The notes under the pieces were generated by a model. The model did no database searches and had not been told where the DNA came from. It worked only from the letters and a program-made list of their open reading frames with translations. Shown piece by piece: positions 21,789 through 29,893 of a stretch of DNA of 37,917 nt (positions are counted from its first letter, which is position 1; every line of letters begins with the position of its first letter). This stretch comes from Emiliania huxleyi CCMP1516 (Eukaryota): NCBI RefSeq assembly GCF_000372725.1, contig NW_005201192.1, positions 759,445 through 797,361 of the forward strand, given 5' to 3'. Position numbers and translations under genes: made by a program.

Positions 21789-23140
21789 AGGAAGGTGAAA
21801 TAGGCGGGTTAGTGGAGGGTGAGAGAGAGTGGGCAAAAGAGTTAGAAAGGAGATATGAGCAGAGACGGATTCTGACGGGAGGATGATATAGTAGAGAACA
21901 AATTAAGATAGTCGTACTCCTTGGGGGGGAGAAAACGAGGGCATAACGGCGGAGAGGCGTGCGGAGGCGGTGCCTCCGCGCCCGACTTGGAGTCGCGCAT
22001 GTCTGAGAGGTTGACGTTGACTGCCGAGGAGGCCGAGGAGCAGTTGCTGCCGCCAGCGGGGTAGGGCGAGGGAGGGGACAGGGCTGAGAGAGGTGGTGTG
22101 TGGGACGCGTCGCAAGGCGGCCTCGCTGCCGCGCGGGGCTGGGCGCGCGCGTGCGACCCGGAGTGCGCCGCTCGCCCCCCCCCTCCCCCCCTCCCCCCTC
22201 CTTCCCCCCGCCACACACACACACCCGCCCCACCCCTTCCCTGCAGTGTGCGCGGTGCACCTGACCATCACCGACGCACACGAGGCGTGAGAGACGACGG
22301 ACTGCGCGTGCGAGGCGTGCGAGGTGGCCGACGACTGGAACGATTTGACCGACGCGTGCCTGCGAGCGCGGGACCTGCACTGAGACGGGCGGGATGCGGC
22401 CATTCTGAGGGCCGCGGCGGCCCGGCGCGCACGAGTCAGTCTCTTCTGACGATGAGGCGTCGTTCAGGTTGCTCTGCCGCGGCGCCTGGTACCTGCGCTT
22501 CGTCTTGCGCGCCGGCGGAAGCTTGACCACAAACTCCTTGCTGCACTCACACCGGACGGTCGTCGGCGTGTCGTCCGGGAGCACCGCAGTGAGCCTCGCG
22601 CCACACGCTGGGCAGACGAACATGGCTGGGAAGTGGCCACTCGGGAGTGGCCCTCGGACGAGCAGGCCCCGGTCCGGGTCCTCGTTCTCGCGCGAGCACG
22701 GCCCGGAGAAGAGCATGCTGGTTGCAACCAGCCCCCGTCCACAATAGCAGGGGGCGGGCGAGAGAGCGCGACCAACGTGATTTTTTCTTGCTTTGCCGCC
22801 AACTCCCTCGAATCGCTCTCTGCCGCCTCCCTTTCCATTGACTCTTGCCGCCACCTCCTCTCCGCCCGCCTCGCCTCCGTCTTCGCTGCTCTCCTTGCCT
22901 CCGCCGTTCTCCTCGCCGCTTGCCTTGCCTCAGCCTCCGTCGCCCTTCGCGCCTGCTCCCTCGCGTCAGTCCTACGCTGTAGAGCTTCGCGTACAAGTCT
23001 TGTGGGGATATATATCCGCTGCATTCAGCATAAATGCCTTTGCATAAATGAAGAGGAAGATCACTTGAAAAGTCTGCTAACAAACCTAAAACTTGAAAAT
23101 TTGGCCGAAATTGCGTCGACGAGCGCGCCTCTCTCTTGCC

Positions 23141-23970
23141 ATGCTGCCACTCTGCACTGCGTCATTGGCCTCAGAAACATGCGACCTCAGCGCAAAGGTG
23201 TTCCGCGACCCACACATCAATTTCGCCTTCGGAGGTTCCGCCGACCTCCGCGGACACCACAACGCGCTCTACAACTTCCTGTCTGCGCCCGGCTTCTCCG
23301 TCAATGTAAAGACCGAAGCGGCTGTCTTCAAGATGCACGGCGGAGCCCTGACCATCAATGGCACTTTTCTCACTGAGGCGCACATCACCACGCAGCTCTC
23401 GCCGCAGAAGCTCGCCACCGCGTCATACTGGGCGTCCGAGCTGGATCCAAACAACTTTGGCTGGAGCGTGGTCAACGGCACCTGCGTCGGCCGCCCGTTC
23501 CGGTTCGGCCTCCACGGCCACAAGGCTTGTTTTGACTTCAAAATGTCGATGGACCACTCGAGCGCCACATTTGAGCTCGGAAATTGGACCGTCACGGTGC
23601 ACGGCAGCCGCTCGTGCAAGGGCTGTCTGGTCGCGGGCCCCGAGCACCGTCTAGACATTGGCTTCACAGCGAGAGGCGACGCGCCGGCCCGCGACAGGCC
23701 GCACGGCATCGTTGGGCAGTCCTATGCCACGCCGGGGCTCGAGCGGCACGGCAAGAAGGACCTCTACCCTTTTTCAGGCTCCTACACCACCAGCGCCCAA
23801 GCCGAGGGCGCCATTGACGGCACGGCGTCAGATTATCAGGTAGCGAGCCCTTACGCGACCGACTTTGCCTTTTCGCGCTTCAACGCCGCCAGGGGCGCCC
23901 CCGCGTCTGCGGAAGCCACCGGCGGGGTCGACGCCTCGTCCATCGATCGCATCGCAGACCCCGCCGCCCA
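23141..23970 (+). CDS. DPH-motif VWD/root-cap-like domain protein, intronless copy; 3' end probably disrupted by a repeat
   Basis: RDPHINFAFGGSADLRG..YNFLS..SVNVK, GTFLTEAH, RPHGIVGQSY, EGAIDG..DYQV..FSRF resembles VWD/root-cap-type extracellular domains. After ~23970 the ORF runs into repeat-derived sequence. Boundaries are approximate. Confidence 0.65.
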
Positions 23971-24339
23971 TCTCTCTTCGCAGTCTCTCGCCGATTCTCG
24001 CTGCACCCTTCATGCCACCTCGCGGTCGTCCCACCCTCGTCGTTCTCTCCCTTGTCACTTCCTCCTCTGTCGCGTCGTTCTCTTCTGCCTCGTCCTGCGA
24101 CGCCGCCGCCTGCCGGTCCCTTGTTCTCGCGGCTTCTTTCGCCTTTCGGCGCAACTCCGTCCTCCTCGCGGCGTATCCTGGCCCCTCGAGTCTATCGAGC
24201 TCCCCTCGCGCAAGGACCACATTTCTGACTCCCACTCCGATCATTTTCTCGCGAGCAGGATCTTGGAAACCGAGCCGATTTCTTTTGTCTGTACAAGCCA
24301 AACCCAGTGCGCCAGTCCCGCCAGCGTTCTCGCCAGCGC

Positions 24340-25185
24340 ATGCTCCTCGACAACACTGCTCTGGTCACCGGCGCGAATCGCGGCATCGGCCTGGCGACTG
24401 CAGGCCGGCTCGCGGAGTTGGGTGCGAGCGTCGTCCTCGCCTGCCGTGATGAGTCCGCGTGCCGCGAGGCGGCTGCTGCCCTCTCGGTCAGAGGCCTGGC
24501 CGCCGAGCCGTACGCCGCGAGCTTCGACGCCGAGTGCCCGCGCAGCACGTCGGCGCTCGCCGCCGCGTGTGCATCCCTCCGCGTCGATCTCCTGGTCAAC
24601 AACGCCGCCGTCTGCGAGCCAGGCTGGGGCCGCGATGTCGCCCTCCGCTCCTTTCGCACCAACGTGCTGGCGCCTGCCACCCTCACCCGCGCGGTGCTTC
24701 CCGGCATGTTGCGGCGACGGCGCGGCGCCGTCCTCCACGTCTCGTCTGGCGACGGCGAGCTCGTCTTCCTCTCGAGCGACCTCGCGCCGCGGCTGGCCGG
24801 CGCGGCCTCCGAGCGCGAGCTGCTGCGGCTCCTCGCGCGGCTAAGTCGCGGCCGCGACGGCTTCCGCTTCCCCGACCGGCCGCCCGCCCACGGGCCGACC
24901 CCCGCCTACTCTGTCTCCAAGGCGGCGCTCAATAGGCACACGCGGCTCGTCGGCGACGCGCTGCCGCGCGACGGCGGCGTGTGGGTCGGCGCCGCCTGCC
25001 CGGGTGACGTGCGGACGCGCATGTGCTCCTGCGAGCGTCACGAGGGTGTGGCCTCGCCCGAGAGCGCCGCGGACGACCTCGCCCGGCTCGCCGCTGGCGC
25101 GCTCGGCGGGGGAGGCGGCGAGGCGGCGGCGAGGCGGCTCGAGTCGGGACGGTTCTGGAGGGCGGGGAGGACGATACCATTTTAG
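24340..25185 (+). CDS. Short-chain dehydrogenase/reductase, carbonyl reductase-like
   Basis: ALVTGANRGIG, DLLVNNAA, VSS, YSVSK catalytic motif, CPGDVRTRM. Confidence 0.92.
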   Translation: MLLDNTALVTGANRGIGLATAGRLAELGASVVLACRDESACREAAAALSVRGLAAEPYAASFDAECPRSTSALAAACASLRVDLLVNNAAVCEPGWGRDVALRSFRTNVLAPATLTRAVLPGMLRRRRGAVLHVSSGDGELVFLSSDLAPRLAGAASERELLRLLARLSRGRDGFRFPDRPPAHGPTPAYSVSKAALNRHTRLVGDALPRDGGVWVGAACPGDVRTRMCSCERHEGVASPESAADDLARLAAGALGGGGGEAAARRLESGRFWRAGRTIPF

Positions 25186-25186
25186 C

Positions 25187-25250
25187 TGCCCTCTCTCGCC
25201 CTCTCTCGCCCTCTCTCGCCCTCTCTCGCCCTCTCTCGCGCCCTCTCTCC
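25187..25250. repeat. 10-bp tandem repeat (GCCCTCTCTC) immediately after the SDR stop codon
   Basis: Directly visible. Confidence 0.9.
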
Positions 25251-26476
25251 CCCACCTTCCTTTGTAGCGTGCGCCATTGACATATCGCTACAGCGACTCA
25301 ACACAAAATACACGGATTAAGGCGCTCACACAGAGCGGAGCGAGCGGGTGAGCGGCGAGGGCCGAGGCGTGGCTAGGGGGCCCACAGCAAAATCCGCCAC
25401 TGTGGGATTTCGCGCCCAAAGCTTGACTCTGAAAAGCTCGCATATCCCTGCGGTGAGCGCTGTGGTCGCCGCAGACTGGCTCCGACTTGACGGCGGCATG
25501 GAGACGTGATGCCTCCATGCCGCCGTCGAGTCAAAATCGACATGCGAGTCGATCTTTGGCCCGCCAGAGGGATATGCGGCGTTTCGGGCGACAAGCAGCG
25601 CTGCGACCGCGAAGTGGCGGTGGACATGCTCCCACGGTGCCGACGCAGCGCCGGAGTGGCCGGTGCTGCTCGCCGCGACCACGACGGCTACTCCGATGCT
25701 CCGGGCCGGCCCGTTCTACCCGACGGTGGCACTCTTCCACGTCTCGCTCACGCTGAGAAAAATTCTGAAACGGCGTGCAGCAGAGTCGCCGACGAGTCGG
25801 TCCGCGTGCCTCCTCGTGTCCCGTACCGTTCTCACACATCCATAAACTCACTTTGGCCTCACTAAAGCGAAGGCCGAATCCTTAATCCTCAGATTTTAGA
25901 TTAGGACGCTGTGGGCCCTCTAGCGTGGCCGGACCGCGGACGAGAGAGCCGGCGACACAAATTCTCACAAAACGTATAGTGAAGTAGTTTATACGGCTTG
26001 CTGCAAATCGTGCAACGTGGGCGGCGAGGGCCACTGAGGGGGTGTGTCATGAAGTCAACACAATGTGGCCACTCGTTTTCGTTTGAGACGCTTGAGACGG
26101 ACCAGAGAGACCGCAGAGACGGGGAGCTCCGTGTCGGCGTTGCCCTCCCCCTCCCGGCGCCCTCGCTCCCTGCGAAAAGGCAGAAGCTCCTAGTATGGGA
26201 GGTCATCTGCCTACCGCGAGAGCGACCCAACTCGTCGACATCGTCCGATGGTTGTTTGTGCCTCAAAGTCAGCCTTCGGAGGCTATCGTGGGATCGAGCC
26301 GGCGGTGCCGTGACATGTGGGTTTCTCGATTTCTGTTTTCGACTCTCTATTCGCGCCGTACGCAGTTTTCGAGGGCAGAGGACGCGTTTGGCGGGTGTAC
26401 AACGCGGTCAACGACGTCTCCCTCGAGTGAGATGATGAAGAGGGGGGACGACACTGCTCCAGCAGCGTGCACCTAC

Positions 26477-26601
26477 CTCGATCCTGTACCGTGTTTGTTA
26501 GGACCCCCCCCAATGAACACACCAGTGAGTGAGGGAGGGCGAGACGATCGAGGGGTTCCGTACCATGCGGAATCGACCCTATCCAGTGCTCAAGTGCTCA
26601 A
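26477..26601 (+). repeat. Dispersed repeat, second copy at 32573-32732
   Basis: Shared CCTCGATCCTGTACCGTGT..CCCAATGAACAC..CGATCGAGGGGT..CGTACCATGCGGAATCGACCCTATCCAGT..GTGCTCAA. Confidence 0.88.
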
Positions 26602-27113
26602 CGCGGTCACGCATGAAGAGAGAGAGAGAAGTTGCTTTTCCAAAATCTCTCTCTCGCTCGCATGAACCAAAAACTGTCTGCTTACAGTCTGTTGCGGGCA
26701 TTAAGAAAGCGTCCCATTAAGAAACCCTACCAAGCAATTTCCGCGAAAATCTAAGAAACCACGGCGCGCCGCAGGCGCGGCCCCAAGAAAGGGCCCACAC
26801 ACGAGTGTGAACAGGAGCCCCGCTCAAATTTTCTCCTCGCCTGCGGCGCGCGCACTTGTCATTTTGCCCAAGTCTGCGGTGTTCTGGGCGGTGTGGATGG
26901 AGGTGTGTGCGTCTTCCTGTCATCCCAAGACTGCTGACTGGCGCATCGGTCCAGCGCTTCCTTCTTGTCATTTTACCTAAAAATTCCTAGATCCCGGCTG
27001 ACTGTAACCCCCAAATTAGCGAAAATTCGTGCCGTCGGGGCACTGCCACTGGACGCGGTCCGTCGCGGATCCCACAGCCGCGGATCACTCGAACGCGGAA
27101 TCGGCCAGGGATC

Positions 27114-27923
27114 ATGAGCGGCTCGGGGAATGCCGCCTGCGCTTCCGCAATTGTCATCAAGGATCCTCATCTAAACTTTGCCTTCGGCGGCAAGGCCGAC
27201 TTTCGCGGCCGACACAACGCGTTGTACAACTTCCTCTCAACCCCCAGTCTGTCGGTCAACGTAAAGATAGAGGAGGCTATCTTCACTCTCGGTCCCGTCT
27301 CTTCAGCCTCCTCTTCCTTCAGTCCTCGTCCCTGTGAGCTCGCTTGGGCGCGCTTGTAGGTTCTGGCGACGGGCTCTTGACCGTTAATGGCACCTACCTC
27401 ACCGAGGCACACCTTGTGGCGAAGCTCCAAGCCGGCTACACCGCCCAGGCGTCGTTCTGGGGGTCTGAGCTCAAACATGACAACTGGGGGTGGGACATCG
27501 TCAATGGCACATGCGGGGGGCGCCGGTTTAAATTCGGCAAGCATGGGACTCAAAAGTGCCTCGAGCTCTCAATGTCAATGGGGCACTCCGCCGCAACTTT
27601 CGTGCTGCCCGACTGGACCGTCAAAGTCAGCGCCGACCACGTGTACAATCGGATTTCGGGCCCCGAGCATCGGCCCGCCGTCCAGATGCGAATACATAGA
27701 AGCCCTTCTCTCGAGCACAGGCACGACCCCTGTACTCGTTAGCTGCCTCACCCCCCTCATCCCCTCCACCGTGCAGGATCGACGTGCGCTGCACCGACCC
27801 TCGCTGCCGCCACCATCGCACTAGCGGACCACAACACAACTCAGCAAGGCTCTGATGCTGCAGGTGGGCTTCACAGCCAATGGCGACGCGATTGCGCGCT
27901 CCATCCCCCACGGCCTCATCGGT
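27114..27923 (+). pseudogene. Paralogue of the 23141 DPH-motif gene with three introns (27292-27359, 27673-27776, 27784-27863), truncated after IPHGLIG
   Basis: KDPHLNFAFGGKADFRGRHNALYNFLS, GTYLTEAH, GPEHR|ID|VGFTANGD..PHGLIG align colinearly with the first copy. The downstream QSY..SRF part is not found, and retroelement-like sequence follows instead. Confidence 0.7.
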
Positions 27924-27924
27924 C

Positions 27925-28343
27925 TGCGTACCAGCGGGGCGACGGCGTCTTCGCGGCAAGTGGACGGGGTCGGCGCGTATCACGGCGTTCGACGGCACGT
28001 GCGTCACCGCGGTACACTTCGGCATGCTGCGCCCGCTGACGCGCGGCACGCGCCTCGCCACCGACTACGCCGAGGCGACGAAGAGGAGGGCTAAAGCCGC
28101 GGCGTGCGAGACCAACAACTTCGACTTCATGACGTGGGCGTCGAGCACGCGCGGCGGCATCGGGCACGAGGCGGCGGCGTGGTTCACCACCAACTCTTCG
28201 CCACTAAGATTGCTCGGGCATCCTCCGACAGCGAGCGATGGCGGATCAGCGGTGAGCGCAAGCGCTTCCTGCAAGAGCACTCGGCCATCGTCACGAGACG
28301 CAACTTTGCCATCTTCGGCTACAACGCGCAGGCGCCCCAGTAA
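27925..28343 (+). mobile_element. Degenerate 3' fragment of an RLE-type (CRE/R2-like) non-LTR retrotransposon ORF
   Basis: AFDGTCV...AEATKRRAKAAACETNNFDFMTWASSTRGGIGHEAAAWF, then a frameshift to FLQEHSAIVTRRNFAIF*. This matches the remembered restriction-like endonuclease C-terminal pattern (D-x-T, E-x2-K, F-P-x3-E-T-x-G-G-x-G-x-E-A, Q-R-x-S-x4-R-x-N). Confidence 0.65.
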
Positions 28344-28896
28344 CAGTTTGAGTAGGGACGGGCGGAGGGAGGCGGGCGCTAAGCACGGACTACTACGTGC
28401 CGGAGGTTCGAGGACGACTACTCGCCGCCTGGGTCGCTCGGGGCGCGCGGCTCCGTCGAGGACCGGGCGCGCCCCCCACCCGGCGCGGCGTAGGTCCCAC
28501 TCTGACGCAAAAAGAGGGGAGGCACGGACGATAGCCCAATCCATCATCCATCAACTACATTCATCTTCTGGTGCTTAGCCCCGTGCAACAGCGGTCCGGC
28601 AGGCTGCCCCCAAGGCCCCCCGGGCCGCTGCGGGTTTGGGAGTTATGCTTAGGCACAGCTTCGGCGATGGCAGCCCCTCTCTGGGGGTTGCATCACTGGC
28701 GCCCTCCCGCCCACAGTACGGCCACTGCCATCGCGGAGCCGCGAGGCGCGTCCGCTGCTGCCCATTCGCCACCCTTGTCCCGCGCCGGACTGCCGATCCT
28801 TTTCTCTAGGCCTCGACAGGTCGACAGGCCTACCCCTCGACAGCAGCTCGACACACCCTCGACACCGGGCCTCGACACCTTGACACCAGGGCTCAG

Positions 28897-29153
28897 GTCT
28901 GGTGTTTATTAGCTCCGAGTAGAGGGGGCGCTCCGCAGCTAGGGGAAACCCGGAGCGCGGACTAACCCTCGGAGAACCGTGTTTACTTTACGGCCCTTTC
29001 CCTGCGAACGAGCACCGGGTCCCCCAGGGCTAGGGCTCTCTAGCCCGCAACCCGATGCCCATGCCGATGCCGATCATCTGGCCCGCTGGGTGCGCTTCTT
29101 AGCTCCCCGGCCCTGGATGTGAGGTTGATGACTGCACTCCAAGTGCTCCAAGT
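28897..29153 (+). repeat. Dispersed ~250-bp repeat, copy 2, with predicted stem-loops
   Basis: Reverse complement of 16016-16263. Confidence 0.9.
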
Positions 29154-29893
29154 TCAGCAGGATCCGGGCCGTCGGATGCACTCTACCTCACTGGGCCTGA
29201 GTACACCTACCTACCTATTGCGGACCGCGCCAACCGCCAGGGCCCAGGCTCCGTGCCCCACCTACCTACCTCTTCCCAGGCCGCGCAGCGAAGCAAAAAA
29301 TACCCGTTAGTTAGCCCTCTGTGAATAGGCTCCCAGCGCCCGGGCGCGTTCGCCGGCGCTGCCGTCCCGGGCGCCGCCGCCGCGGGTTTCGCCGCCGACT
29401 CCGTCTCGGCTGGCGTCCCAACCGCAGGCGACTCGTCTGGCATGGCCCCGTTCGCGGCTAACCGCGCCGTCTCCCGCGCGAGCGAACGAAGCGGTATTTT
29501 ACCCCCCCCCCCCCCCCACCACCACCACAGTCACACCACCAAACAAACAAAACATTCTGTGTCTCCACCACCACCACCTACCTACCGATTGCGGGGCCCT
29601 CCCTCTGGGGCGGTCAAATCCGGACCTACCAGCTACCTACCTATTGCATAGGGTCTGATTGATTGATAGGAAGGCGAAACACAGTCCGACCAACGACTGG
29701 GACACCAAGCTCCAAGGGTCTGTCCGTGTTGAGGGCTGGGCAATAAGAACAAAAAACTCAGGCGAGGCGGGGGGGGGCGCGGGTGCGGGGTGCGGTGCGG
29801 TGCGAGTGTGTGCGTGTCATGTGGCTACAGCAAGTGTCCATCCGTCTGTATGAAAAAAACAAAAAAAAGAACGTCCGGCGCTATCGACGCACC

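Noticed and set aside
20791..22854. 687-aa minus-strand ORF
   Set aside because: It spans the N gap and is low-complexity, so it is an artefact of GC content and Ns.
23970..24844. C-terminal half of the 583-aa ORF 23093-24844 as a real fusion
   Set aside because: It is read-through into repeat sequence and an off-frame overlap with the SDR gene.
25376..25410. GGGGGCCCACAGCAAAA resembles the 5' end of the CPEB3/HDV-like ribozyme
   Set aside because: No P3/L3, P1' or P2' partners follow; CCCACAG simply pairs with the nearby CTGTGGG.
29115..29153. TTGATGA plus hairpin as a hammerhead ribozyme core
   Set aside because: The core is TTGATGA rather than CTGANGA, and no GAAA follows the stem.
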